A DNA stretch of 64,000 bases from an uncultured Rikenellaceae bacterium (GCA_963818525.1 CAWFSO010000005.1:787087-851086); one strand, 5' to 3'. Positions 20,030 through 32,210 are shown, counted from the stretch's first letter. A program made the numbers and translations. The notes: a model not told the origin generated them from the sequence alone.

Positions 20030-20158
20030 TAAGTTTGATATTTGCATCAGTTATGGCACGATTATTGTTATAACTTAAATGGAGTTTTTTTCATAGGTTA
20101 GGTTAGTTTTAGGGTTAACACTGAAGAGGAGGCAAGAGGTTGTCTCCTCTTTCTTTTT
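20030..20158 (+). ncRNA. candidate small RNA (orphan plus-strand promoter-to-terminator unit)
   Basis: Perfect -7 box TAAGTTTG (20030-20037); a sigma-54-like TGGCACG-N4-TTGT (20054-20068); and a hairpin AAGAGGAG/CTCCTCTT (20124-20151) followed by TTCTTTTT. There is no ORF longer than 6 codons, and both flanking genes are on the minus strand. Confidence 0.3.
20124..20158. terminator. hairpin terminator (T-run on the plus strand; also lies directly after the minus-strand IPExxxVDY gene stop)
   Basis: 8-bp stem AAGAGGAG/CTCCTCTT with a 12-nt loop (or an alternative 6-bp AAGAGG/CCTCTT stem). The plus-strand tail is TTCTTTTT; on the minus strand there is no T-run. Confidence 0.55.
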
Positions 20159-20585
20159 ACAGTGCCAGCAGCGGGAGGTTAGTGTCGCTGATCTCCCTGC
20201 TGTCAAAGACGAATACTGCGGTTATTTCCGGGATCTCCCTGAGGGTTGCCGCCAGCTCTTCGGCCTGCTGCCTCTCTTTCTGACCGCATTTCAAAAAAAA
20301 GAAGTCAATGTTTTTAAGTTTCCGGATCAGTATCTTTCCTTCACTGCGGTTTGAGACCAGCGTGAAGTCAGGACTGCCGGAGGTGAAGCGTGTGAACGTA
20401 TGCCTGCCGGAACCGGTCTGCATGGTGATATCATCAGGGCACTTGCGGAGGTCAGTGCCGAGATGCCTGTTGATCATTACCGAGATGCGGTAGTCGGGCT
20501 CGGTGGAGACAACGCCAAGGAAAAAGAAATCAGGGGTCTCTTCGCCTGCAATGGTGTGTATGGTTATTCTCCTTCCGGCGCTCAT
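20157..20585 (-). CDS. IPExxxVDY-family protein (function unknown)
   Basis: The C-terminal REIPEITAVFVFD matches the family-name motif region. The start is taken at ATG 20585-20583, which forms an ATGA overlap with the rnc stop codon. The ORF-track start at 20612 would overlap rnc by 31 nt. Confidence 0.6.
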   Translation of the reverse strand: MSAGRRITIHTIAGEETPDFFFLGVVSTEPDYRISVMINRHLGTDLRKCPDDITMQTGSGRHTFTRFTSGSPDFTLVSNRSEGKILIRKLKNIDFFFLKCGQKERQQAEELAATLREIPEITAVFVFDSREISDTNLPLLAL

Positions 20586-21319
20586 TTTTTTATCTTGCGG
20601 ACTTTCTGCCATGCGATCATGGATGCCTCCTGTTCCGCCTCCTTCTTTGTCGCACCTTCGCCCTGCGACACCGTTTCATTATTTATCTGCAGCGCAACGG
20701 TAAACTGGGGGTGGATGCTGTTGTTGCCTGTCCTTTCCTGTGAGGTGAAGTTAATCTTTTGTTTGTTCTTCTGGCAGTATTCCAGTATGAGGCTCTTGTA
20801 ATCAGTCTCGGCTGCCAGGACAGCCTCCAGGTCGAGATGCTTTTTCAGCACCCTGTCGATGAAGAAGCGGCGGGTGCGGTTATAGCCCTTGTCTATGAAC
20901 AGGGCTCCGGCAAGGGCCTCCACGGCGTTGCCGTAGAGGTTGCGGGGTGAGTCCGAAGGTGCCAGGTTCGATACTATCAGCTTGTCCAGTCCCATGGAGA
21001 GCCCCAGCTGGTTCAGTGTCTCCCTGTTGACTATACGCGCCCTGGTCTTTGTGAGGAAACCCTCCGGGGCTTCGGGATAGAGCCGGAAGAGATAATCTGA
21101 AAGGATGCTGTCAATGATTGCGTCACCGAGGTATTCGAGTCGCTCATTATTGATCTTAACCCCGTCAGGAAGTGTAAATGTAGCCGAACGGTGAATGAAT
21201 GCCTTTTCATAAAGGCGGAGTTTCATCGGGCAGAAACCCATAAGATGCTTAAGGCGGGAGCGAAACTCCCGCCTGTTGTGTATTAGGGCCTGATTCTTCT
21301 TCCTGTTGAGCAGGAACAC
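20582..21319 (-). CDS. rnc: ribonuclease III
   Basis: RNase III signature ERLEYLGDAIIDSIL and a C-terminal dsRBD (GEGATKKEAEQEAS). The GTG start overlaps the fabF stop by 1 nt. Confidence 0.9.
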   Translation of the reverse strand: MFLLNRKKNQALIHNRREFRSRLKHLMGFCPMKLRLYEKAFIHRSATFTLPDGVKINNERLEYLGDAIIDSILSDYLFRLYPEAPEGFLTKTRARIVNRETLNQLGLSMGLDKLIVSNLAPSDSPRNLYGNAVEALAGALFIDKGYNRTRRFFIDRVLKKHLDLEAVLAAETDYKSLILEYCQKNKQKINFTSQERTGNNSIHPQFTVALQINNETVSQGEGATKKEAEQEASMIAWQKVRKIKK

Positions 21320-22566
21320 TATTCTGAGAATTTCCTGATCAAAATAGAGGCATTGTGCCCTCCGAAACCGAAGGTGTTGCTCAGGGCAACATTCACGGTT
21401 CTTTTCTGTGCTTTGTTAAGGGTCAGGTTCAGATTCTGGTCTATGGCAGGGTCAGGGTTCCTGAAGTTGATCGTCGGCGGGACGATATCATGCACCACTG
21501 CCATAATGGTTGCAATGGCTTCTACAGCTCCTGCAGCACCAAGGAGGTGGCCGGTCATCGACTTGGTGGCACTGACATTCAGCTTGTAGGCATGTTCGCC
21601 GAAAAGGTTCACGATAGCCTTGGTCTCGGCAATGTCACCGAGCGGGGTGGAGGTACCGTGTACATTGATGTAGTCAACATCTGCCGGGGTCAGACCTGAT
21701 TCTGCAATAGCCTGCTTCATCACATTGACGGCTCCCATGCCGTCGGGATGAGGTGCCGTGATATGATAAGCGTCCGCCGTGAGGCCTGATCCTATGATCT
21801 CCGCGTAGATCTTTGCTCCCCTGGCCCTGGCATGACCCAGCTCCTCAAGAATAAGACCTCCGCCACCTTCACCGATGACAAACCCGTCGCGGGTGACATC
21901 AAAAGGACGCGAGGCAGTGGCATACTCCTCATTATTGGTTGACATGGCCTGCATGGCATTGAACCCGCCTATGCCAATAGGATTGACCGATGCCTCCGAC
22001 CCTCCCGCAATGAAGAGGTCGGCTTTGCCCAGGAGGATATAATAATAAGCGTCAATGAGGGCATTGGTTGAAGAGGCACAAGCTGACACTGTTGCGAAAT
22101 TGGGACCACGGAAGCCATACTTGATCGAGATAAGGCCCGCGGCAATGTCGCTGATCATCTTGGGAATGAAGAAAGGGCTGAAACGGGGAGTTCCGTCACC
22201 CATTACAAACCCTTTAACCTCTTCCATGAAAGTCTCAATTCCGCCTATACCTGACGCCCAGATGACACCGGAACGGTCCTTGTCAGTCGCTTCCGGATCA
22301 AGCCCGGCATCTTTTACCGCCTCGTCAGCCGCAATAAGGGCGTACTGGGCGTAACGGTCCATTTTACGCGACTCTTTCCTGTCAAAATACTGAGCAGGAT
22401 CGTAGTTCTTTATCTCACAGGCAAACTTGGTCTTGTACTTCGTGGTATCAAAGTGGGTTATAGGCCCAGCCCCGCTGACACCATCAACAAGACCTTTCCA
22501 GTAATCCTGCAGAGTGTTGCCGATAGGGGTCAATGCCCCCATTCCGGTAACTACTACTCGCCTCAT
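21319..22566 (-). CDS. fabF: beta-ketoacyl-ACP synthase II
   Basis: 415 aa. Active-site context SACASS, HGTSTPLGD, GHLLGAAG. Confidence 0.95.
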   Translation of the reverse strand: MRRVVVTGMGALTPIGNTLQDYWKGLVDGVSGAGPITHFDTTKYKTKFACEIKNYDPAQYFDRKESRKMDRYAQYALIAADEAVKDAGLDPEATDKDRSGVIWASGIGGIETFMEEVKGFVMGDGTPRFSPFFIPKMISDIAAGLISIKYGFRGPNFATVSACASSTNALIDAYYYILLGKADLFIAGGSEASVNPIGIGGFNAMQAMSTNNEEYATASRPFDVTRDGFVIGEGGGGLILEELGHARARGAKIYAEIIGSGLTADAYHITAPHPDGMGAVNVMKQAIAESGLTPADVDYINVHGTSTPLGDIAETKAIVNLFGEHAYKLNVSATKSMTGHLLGAAGAVEAIATIMAVVHDIVPPTINFRNPDPAIDQNLNLTLNKAQKRTVNVALSNTFGFGGHNASILIRKFSE

Positions 22567-22585
22567 GTCAGGTTATCGGAGAAAA

Positions 22586-22822
22586 CTACTTTGCGTTTTC
22601 CTCAATATACTTGATGGCTTCGCCTACTGTGCTAATGCTTTCTGCCTGATCATCAGGAATTCCGATGTTGAATTCCTTTTCGAATTCCATGATCAGCTCG
22701 ACAGTGTCAAGAGAATCAGCACCAAGGTCATTAGTGAAGTGTGCTTCGGGTGTAACCTCTGCCTCATCAACGCCAAGCTTCTCAACGATGATCTTCTTTA
22801 CTCGTGTAGAAATGTCAGACAT
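22586..22822 (-). CDS. acpP: acyl carrier protein
   Basis: The internal ATG at 22822 gives a 78-aa protein ([18 protein letters not shown]...) with the phosphopantetheine site [13 protein letters not shown]. Confidence 0.95.
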   Translation of the reverse strand: MSDISTRVKKIIVEKLGVDEAEVTPEAHFTNDLGADSLDTVELIMEFEKEFNIGIPDDQAESISTVGEAIKYIEENAK

Positions 22823-23006
22823 ACAAATCAATTTTACGTTAATACTCGTTTTAAAAACTCTGCAAAGAAATATATTTGTACCATATATTTCAAACAATTT
22901 ACCGGAAATTTACATCCCTGCAGATATAAATTAAAGCAAATCAGTTTTTTAAGCCTTTTTCACAGCGCCGGCGCCCGGAGTTTAAATTTAACTTAAGTAT
23001 CATAAG

Positions 23007-23579
23007 ATGAAGCACATATCTATACTTGCCTCAGGTGCCGGGACGAACGCGGAAAACATAATCCGATACTTTTCGAACGCAAATAAGGCGAAAGTAACCC
23101 TTGTTTTGTCAAACAAGCCTCAGGCCAAGGTTCTGGAGAGGGCTGCTGCACATGGGGTCGACTCATTTTTTTTCGACCGGGTTCAGTTTTATGAGACGGG
23201 AGAGGTACTTATGATGCTTCAGCGAAGGGAGACTGACCTGCTGGTTCTGGCGGGGTTTCTGTGGCTGGTTCCGGGACAGGTGATTGAGGCCTTCAGGGGG
23301 AGGATAATCAATATCCATCCTGCCCTTCTGCCGCAGTTCGGAGGGAAGGGGATGTACGGCGACAGGGTGCACAGGGCTGTACTCGATGCAGGGTGCAGCG
23401 AGAGCGGGATCACCATCCATTATGTGAACGAGCATTATGATTCGGGTGACATAATCTTCCAGGCCCGGTGCCCCGTTCTGCCGGATGATGATGTGCACAG
23501 CCTGGCAACAAGGGTACATGCACTGGAGTACCGGCACTACCCGGAGGTTATCAGTAAACTGGTGGAGCGACTTCCGTAG
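23007..23579 (+). CDS. purN: phosphoribosylglycinamide formyltransferase
   Basis: 190 aa. LASGAGTNAENI, NIHPALLPQFGGKGMYG, and the HYVNEHYDSGDII pattern. Confidence 0.9.
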   Translation: MKHISILASGAGTNAENIIRYFSNANKAKVTLVLSNKPQAKVLERAAAHGVDSFFFDRVQFYETGEVLMMLQRRETDLLVLAGFLWLVPGQVIEAFRGRIINIHPALLPQFGGKGMYGDRVHRAVLDAGCSESGITIHYVNEHYDSGDIIFQARCPVLPDDDVHSLATRVHALEYRHYPEVISKLVERLP

Positions 23580-23589
23580 CGTAATGCGA

Positions 23590-23625
23590 AGTCCTCAGTC
23601 TTCAGTCTTCCGTCGGCAGTAGCGG
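23590..23625. repeat. AGTCnTC-type heptamer array
   Basis: AGTCCTC AGTCTTC AGTCTTC CGTCGGC AGTAGCG, directly after the purN stop. Confidence 0.65.
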
Positions 23626-23740
23626 AAAGATTGCGCGAAGCGCATAAAGTATTGTAGAACAGTCGTATATGTACAATAATTGTTCCTCGTAGAGGATAAG
23701 GTATTGTTGCGGCAATTAAAACAGACAGCAGGCAACAGAG

Positions 23741-23806
23741 AAATTTTCGATTTCAGATTTTCGATTTTCGATTTAATCGCAAATCGCAAATCGCAAATCG
23801 CAAATT
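23741..23806. repeat. heptamer microsatellites: TTTTCGA-like units followed by four perfect (TCGCAAA) units
   Basis: AAATTTTCGA TTTCAGA TTTTCGA TTTTCGA TTTAA then TCGCAAA x4 (23775-23806). The array ends 1 nt before the M23 peptidase stop codon. Confidence 0.85.
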
Positions 23807-23807
23807 A

Positions 23808-25234
23808 TCAGTAATTGATTGTGGCAAACAGATTAATATATCCTTCCGCCACCTTTTTGAACTCCTCCATAGCCTCCGGCGCAACCGGGTTGACCGGTGG
23901 TGCCTCAACCTTCAGCGGGTCAATGGCAGAGCCGTTGCGGTAGAACCGGAAATCGAGATGAGGCCCTGTCGAGAGGCCTGAGCTTCCCACATAACCTATC
24001 ACCTGACCCTGCTTCACATAAACTCCGGGAGATATCCCCGGGCCATAGCGCGAAAGGTGCAGATAGGCTGTTGAATAGACGCTGTTGTGGGTTATGCGCA
24101 CCATACGGCCCGCCCCGCCCTCATAGGCGGTGCTGGTCACCCTGCCGTCGCCGATAGCCACCACCGGCGTGCCAATGGGAGCCGCATAGTCAACCCCATG
24201 ATGCGGCCTGACAATCTTCAGGACGGGATGCATCCTCCCGCCCGAGAAGCGTGAGCTGATGCGCGAGTAACGCAGAGGCGCCTTGAGGAACGCCTTCCTG
24301 AGACTGGCACCTGTAGTGTCATAGAATGACATCGTGCTGTCCTGGATATATGGGATGGCATAGATGGGGTTGCCGGCATGTTCGAAGAGAGCAGCGTGAA
24401 CCCTCCTGATACCGACCGTCTCTTCCCCGATGAACTCTTCCTCATATATCACCTTGAACCTGTCTCCCTTCTGAAGGCCGAAGAAATCGATGGTCCATGC
24501 ATAGATCTCGGAGAGCTCGGCAGAGAGGTTGGGGTTGAGATTCTTTTCCGTTGCTGCTTCCCAGAGTGAGGTGGTGATTGTGCCGGAAGAGTACCTCAGC
24601 ACCCGCTTTATCTCAGCGTCATACCTGTAAATGGCGAGAGTGTCCTTCAGCGAGAAGACATATGATACCTTCGGGTCATGCTGGTAAATGAAGTAGTCGG
24701 GCTTGTTCAGAGTGTCTTTTGTCAGCAGTACTGAGTATGCACTTCCTGAACGTACCCTGCGGGGGTCAAATGTCTCCCTGTTCTCCCGGAGAAGACGCTC
24801 GATGTTCTCCCATGGCACACCGTATGATTGCAGTATCGATGATATAAACTGGTTCCTCTTCACCTTTCCCGTAACTATGTTATACGAGTCAAGGGGGATC
24901 CCGAACAGCATTCCTGCACTGTCAGACTTTGAGGGGGCGGCGGCCGAAGTGCCTGTTGCGTCTGCGGAAATGGCTGCAGTATCAGTTCCGCCATCATCAG
25001 TTACAGAGCCAGATTGCATTGATGATGCTCCGGCAGTAGCCGGTTGCCCTGTCAGCACTGCGGAGGTGTCAGATTGCCCTGCTGATACGACGGAAGTGTC
25101 AGGGGCAGCCATGGCTGCAACGGTTGTGCCGGACTTTGGTGCTTTTCCCGGGATTTCTTTTGTAGTGGAGCCTGTGCAGGAGGCTGCAGTGACCAGAATG
25201 ACTGCCACAAGGGCAAGTCCGAAAAGCGGAAACC

Positions 25235-25238
<4 letters not shown>
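23808..25238 (-). CDS. M23-family peptidoglycan metalloendopeptidase (lipoprotein with a low-complexity linker)
   Basis: Lipobox LVTAASC, a Ser/Thr/Ala-rich linker, and the M23 motifs [14 protein letters not shown] and GPHLDFR. ATGA overlap with the leuS stop. Confidence 0.85.
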
Positions 25239-27893
<2,655 letters not shown>

Positions 27894-27994
27894 GTTCGCT
27901 TTTTTGCTTTGCGCTTATGGGTTGCGAAATTAGGAAAACTTTGGTAAAAATCCCCTCCGGCGGCTTCTTCGGCTCTCTTAATTGCCTCATAAGT

Positions 27995-28025
27995 TTTGAA
28001 AAGTGCTGCCGTCGGGTTACTTTTG
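27995..28025 (+). promoter_or_regulatory. Bacteroidota consensus promoter for tRNA-Arg
   Basis: TTTG (27995-27998), a 19-nt spacer, then TACTTTTG (28018-28025). The mature tRNA 5' end is 10 nt downstream. Confidence 0.6.
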
Positions 28026-28035
28026 CACCCTGACC

Positions 28036-28108
28036 GGTCCCGTAGTTCAATGGATAGAATGACAGATTCCGGTTCTGTTGGTTGGGCGTTCGAGTCGCCC
28101 CGGGATCA
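28036..28108 (+). tRNA. tRNA-Arg (anticodon CCG)
   Basis: Hand-folded 73-nt cloverleaf. Acceptor GGTCCCG/CGGGATC (one G-U pair), D arm GTTC..GAAT, anticodon stem ACAGA/TCTGT with loop TTCCGGT, T arm GGGCG-TTCGAGT-CGCCC, discriminator A. No CCA is encoded. Confidence 0.9.
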
Positions 28109-28122
28109 CAAATACAACGCTA

Positions 28123-28149
28123 ATAGCACTGATATTCAGTGCTATTTTG
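28123..28149 (+). terminator. terminator after tRNA-Arg
   Basis: 9-bp stem ATAGCACTG/CAGTGCTAT with a 5-nt loop, followed by TTTG. Confidence 0.6.
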
Positions 28150-28284
28150 CTTAATGGGGACTTATTTGGACAAGCTATAGGCTTTTAAGAGGTTAGTAAT
28201 AATTTCTTTATACTATTGCGTAAAATTATTATAAAACACTTATACGTTCCGCTGCAAATTTGTATCGATTTTCAATGATCAGAT

Positions 28285-28413
28285 ATGAATGCAGCAATTC
28301 TAATTGTAACCTGTGAGGCAACAGAATCAGCGGGTTATGTTGCAGGAGTAATAATTGCCCTGTTTATCCTGGGATACCTTATTTATTCTCTTATCAAACC
28401 AGAGAAATTTTAA
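28285..28413 (+). CDS. kdpF: K+-transporting ATPase subunit F
   Basis: 42-aa ORF below the ORF-track cutoff: MNAAILIVTCEATESAGYVAGVIIALFILGYLIYSLIKPEKF. It has a single TM segment with the KdpF-typical LGYLIY..L..PE.F ending. Its stop is 3 nt before the kdpA ATG. Confidence 0.75.
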   Translation: MNAAILIVTCEATESAGYVAGVIIALFILGYLIYSLIKPEKF

Positions 28414-28416
28414 ACC

Positions 28417-30108
28417 ATGACTGCACTTGATATTCTACAGGTGATACTGTTTATTTCCCTATTAATTGGGTTAACCCCCATTTTAGGAAATTACATGTAC
28501 AAAGTGTTTTCAGACGAGAAACATATCATGAAACCTGTTTTCGGCTGGCTTGAAAAACTGACCTATAGATTTATTGGCGGGAATCCCGATGAAGAGACTA
28601 ACTGGAAGACTTACCTATTTGGATTACTGGGTTTTAACTTGGCCGGATTTTTTTTCTTATTTCTAATACAACTATTCCAGGCCTACTTACCGTTAAATCC
28701 CGCTCATTCAGACAATGTTTCCTGGCATTCAGCCCTTAATACTGCTGTAAGTTTTGTTACAAATACCAACTGGCAGGGATATGCAGGAGAAACAACGCTG
28801 AGCTATTTCGTTCAGATGATCGGGTTAACTGTGCAGAATTTTGTGAGTGCGGCCACCGGAATAGCTGTATTATTGGCTGTTATACGAGGTATATCCCGAA
28901 AAACAACCGATAAAATAGGGAACTTCCGGACTGATTTAACCCGGTCAATATTATATGTTTTATTGCCTTTGTCTGTTGTCTTTGCGATTGCCCTGACCGG
29001 ACAGGGAGTAATTCAGAATTTTAAAACTTATGAAACTGCTCAAACATTGGAAGGTGCTCAGCAGATTATACCAATGGGTCCGGCGGCTTCACAAATTGCG
29101 ATTAAGCAGTTAGGGACTAACGGAGGTGGATTCTTTAATTCAAATAGTTCCCACCCATTCGAAAACCCGACCCCAATCAGTAATTTCCTTGAGATGCTGT
29201 CAATCCTGCTTATCCCGGCATCACTGACATTTACTTACGGGAAAATGGTTGGTTCTGTCCGGCAGGGCTGGATTGTATTTTCAGCTATGCAAATTCTTTT
29301 TTTAATTGGCTTAAGTATTTCATTATATGCTGAACATTCAGCAAACCCACTGTTTGGAAACCTGCCATTAATGGAGGGAAAGGAAACCCGTTTCGGAATT
29401 ACAAACAGTGTACTGTGGTCGACTTCAACGAGTGCAGCCTCTAACGGTTCCATAAATTCCATGCACGATAGTATGTCTCCCCTGACAGGGATGGTTGCCA
29501 TGTTGAATATTATGCTTGGGGAAGTAATTTTTGGTGGTGTCGGAGCTGGATTGTATGGAATGATAATTTTTATAATCCTTACTGTTTTCATTGCCGGGCT
29601 CATGGTGGGGCGAACGCCCGAGTATTTAGGTAAAAAAATTGAGGCTTTTGAAGTTCAGATGGCAATCATTGCAGTGCTTGCGCCCAGCGCAGTTATTCTG
29701 CTTTTTTCCGGCTGGGCAGCGGTAAGCAGCTATGGATTATCAAGCCTGAACAATCGCGGGCCACACGGTTTATCTGAAATCCTTTATGCTTACACTTCAG
29801 CTGCCGGAAATAATGGAAGTGCCTTTGCCGGACTCAATGCCAATACTGTATTTTACAACCTTACATTGGGCTTAGGTATGCTAATAGGCCGTTATGGTGT
29901 CATAATTCCTGTGCTGGCAATTGCCGGAAGTCTTGCAAAAAAGAAAACGATCCCGCCCTCAGCGGGTACTTTTCGTACCGATAACTGGTTATTCATTGGT
30001 TTGTTAATTGCTGTAATTCTTATTGTTGGCGGATTAACATTCTTTCCTGCTTTGTCACTTGGCCCTGTCATCGAACATTTACTTATGAATAATGGAATAA
30101 CCTTCTAA
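28417..30108 (+). CDS. kdpA: potassium-transporting ATPase subunit KdpA
   Basis: 563 aa, polytopic, with KdpA-like segments (NTNWQGYAGETTLSY, LGTNGGGFFNSNSSHPFENPTP). Confidence 0.95.
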   Translation: MTALDILQVILFISLLIGLTPILGNYMYKVFSDEKHIMKPVFGWLEKLTYRFIGGNPDEETNWKTYLFGLLGFNLAGFFFLFLIQLFQAYLPLNPAHSDNVSWHSALNTAVSFVTNTNWQGYAGETTLSYFVQMIGLTVQNFVSAATGIAVLLAVIRGISRKTTDKIGNFRTDLTRSILYVLLPLSVVFAIALTGQGVIQNFKTYETAQTLEGAQQIIPMGPAASQIAIKQLGTNGGGFFNSNSSHPFENPTPISNFLEMLSILLIPASLTFTYGKMVGSVRQGWIVFSAMQILFLIGLSISLYAEHSANPLFGNLPLMEGKETRFGITNSVLWSTSTSAASNGSINSMHDSMSPLTGMVAMLNIMLGEVIFGGVGAGLYGMIIFIILTVFIAGLMVGRTPEYLGKKIEAFEVQMAIIAVLAPSAVILLFSGWAAVSSYGLSSLNNRGPHGLSEILYAYTSAAGNNGSAFAGLNANTVFYNLTLGLGMLIGRYGVIIPVLAIAGSLAKKKTIPPSAGTFRTDNWLFIGLLIAVILIVGGLTFFPALSLGPVIEHLLMNNGITF

Positions 30109-30120
30109 TAGCAGATTGTC

Positions 30121-32199
30121 ATGAGTACGAAACAACATACCAGCCTTTTAAATAAAACTATATTGGTACAAGCCGCCAAAGACAGTTTTATTAAACTAAA
30201 CCCTGCATCGTTAATTAAAAACCCTGTAATTTTCATTGTGGCAATAGGTTCTATGCTTACCTCCGGTATAGTGATTATTGAACTTTTTCAGGGTTCCTTT
30301 TCAGCATTCAACTTTCAGATTTCAATCTGGCTGTGGTTTACCGTGTTGTTTGCCAATTTCTCGGAAGCAATTGCCGAAGGAAGGGGTAAAGCACAAGCCG
30401 CTTCATTAAGAAATAGCAGGACCCAGACAAAAGCCCGCAAAATGGAAGGAAAGCAGGAGTATTCTGTTTTTGCAACTGACCTTAAAAAAGGAGATATTGT
30501 TTTTTGTGAAGCCGGAGATGTAATACCCTCTGATGGTGAGGTAATTGAAGGGATAGCAAGTGTTGACGAATCAGCAATTACAGGCGAATCTGCACCGGTT
30601 ATCAGGGAAAGCGGAGGCGACCGTTCGGCCGTAACCGGGGGAACCAAGGTTATCAGTGACAGCATCCTGGTCCGCATTACATCCGAACCTGGCAATGCGT
30701 TTATTGACCGTATGATTGCTCTGGTTGAGGGGGCAAAAAGACATAAGACTCCGAATGAAATCGCTCTTTCAATTTTACTATCGGGTTTGTCTATAGTGTT
30801 TTTGCTGGCCGTCATGACCCTTCCTGCCTTTATCGGATATAGCCTTGTTGCTTCGGGATTACCATTGTCGCAAAACTTAACTCTACCGGTTTTGATAGCA
30901 TTATTGGTTTGTCTCATCCCTACCACTATCGGGGGTTTGCTGAGCGCTATTGGTATCAGTGGAATGGACAGACTTTTACAACGGAATGTCATTGCAACAA
31001 GTGGTCGTGCCATTGAAGCTGCCGGGGATGTGGATGTACTCTTACTCGATAAAACAGGAACAATTACCCTGGGTAACCGTATGGCAACTGATTTCATACC
31101 TGCCGATGGTGTAAGTATTGAAAATCTTGCCAGTGCGGCACAACTTTCGTCATTATCCGATGAGACATCAGAAGGCCGGTCTATCGTGGTTCTGGCAAAG
31201 GGAAAATTCAATATCCGCGGACGTGATGTAACCTCTCTGCAGGCGTCGTTCATCCCTTTTACGGCACAATCCCGAATGAGTGGGGTTGACTTAAATACTG
31301 AAAGCGGAAAAAGGATTCAGATTCGCAAAGGTTCATCGGAGGCTATACGGACATTTGTACTCAATAATAATGGGTTTTACCCGCAAAAAATCCAGGATAT
31401 TGTTTCGGAAATAGCACGGCAGGGAGCAACCCCCCTTGTTGTTGCCGAAGACAACAGGGTCTTGGGTGTGATTCATTTAAAAGATATTGTAAAAGGTGGC
31501 ATAAGGCAACGATTTACCGAATTGCGGAAAATGGGGATTAAAACGGTAATGATAACCGGCGATAATTCTTTAACTGCAGCAGCGATTGCAGCCGAAGCCG
31601 GAGTTGACGACTTTATGGCCGAAGCCAAGCCCGAGGATAAATTGCGCCGTATTCGTGAAGAACAGGCAAAGGGTCATCTGGTTGGCATGATTGGCGATGG
31701 TACCAACGACGCCCCTGCACTTGCACAGGCCGATATTGGTATTGCAATGAATTCCGGCACACAGGCAGCCCGTGAAGCCGGAAACATGATTGACCTCGAC
31801 AGCAACCCTACCAAGTTGATAGAGGTAGTTGAAGTTGGCAAGCAATTGCTAATGACCCGGGGTTCTCTGACTACTTTCAGTATTGCCAATGATGTTGCTA
31901 AGTATTTTGCAATTATCCCGGCCATTGCCATATCATTATATTCAGGCAATTCGGGCATAGGACCTCTTTCAGCATTAAACGTGATGAACCTGGGTTCGCC
32001 CCAGAGTGCAATCCTGAGTGCAGTAATATTTAACGCAATTATCATTATTCTTCTGGTTCCCCTGGCGTTGAGGGGCGTGCGTTATCGTCCGGTTTCGGCA
32101 AATACTGCTTTAGCCATAAACCTGTTGATTTTTGGGTTAGGCGGACTTATTGCCCCATTTGCAGGGATTAAAATTATTGATGTGTTAATTAATCTGTAA
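30121..32199 (+). CDS. kdpB: potassium-transporting ATPase subunit KdpB (P-type ATPase)
   Basis: 692 aa. Phosphorylation site [21 protein letters not shown]. Confidence 0.95.
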   Translation: MSTKQHTSLLNKTILVQAAKDSFIKLNPASLIKNPVIFIVAIGSMLTSGIVIIELFQGSFSAFNFQISIWLWFTVLFANFSEAIAEGRGKAQAASLRNSRTQTKARKMEGKQEYSVFATDLKKGDIVFCEAGDVIPSDGEVIEGIASVDESAITGESAPVIRESGGDRSAVTGGTKVISDSILVRITSEPGNAFIDRMIALVEGAKRHKTPNEIALSILLSGLSIVFLLAVMTLPAFIGYSLVASGLPLSQNLTLPVLIALLVCLIPTTIGGLLSAIGISGMDRLLQRNVIATSGRAIEAAGDVDVLLLDKTGTITLGNRMATDFIPADGVSIENLASAAQLSSLSDETSEGRSIVVLAKGKFNIRGRDVTSLQASFIPFTAQSRMSGVDLNTESGKRIQIRKGSSEAIRTFVLNNNGFYPQKIQDIVSEIARQGATPLVVAEDNRVLGVIHLKDIVKGGIRQRFTELRKMGIKTVMITGDNSLTAAAIAAEAGVDDFMAEAKPEDKLRRIREEQAKGHLVGMIGDGTNDAPALAQADIGIAMNSGTQAAREAGNMIDLDSNPTKLIEVVEVGKQLLMTRGSLTTFSIANDVAKYFAIIPAIAISLYSGNSGIGPLSALNVMNLGSPQSAILSAVIFNAIIIILLVPLALRGVRYRPVSANTALAINLLIFGLGGLIAPFAGIKIIDVLINL

Positions 32200-32210
32200 A
32201 TCAATTGAAA

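Noticed and set aside
20096-20116. Telomere-like GGTTAGGTTAGTTTTAGGGTT
   Set aside because: It is a single degenerate occurrence inside a bacterial spacer. It is better described through its complementarity to 17604-17625.
30315-31253. 312-aa ORF antisense to kdpB
   Set aside because: It lies entirely inside the well-supported kdpB frame ([17 protein letters not shown]). Its composition is the mirror image of the sense strand and it has no motif.
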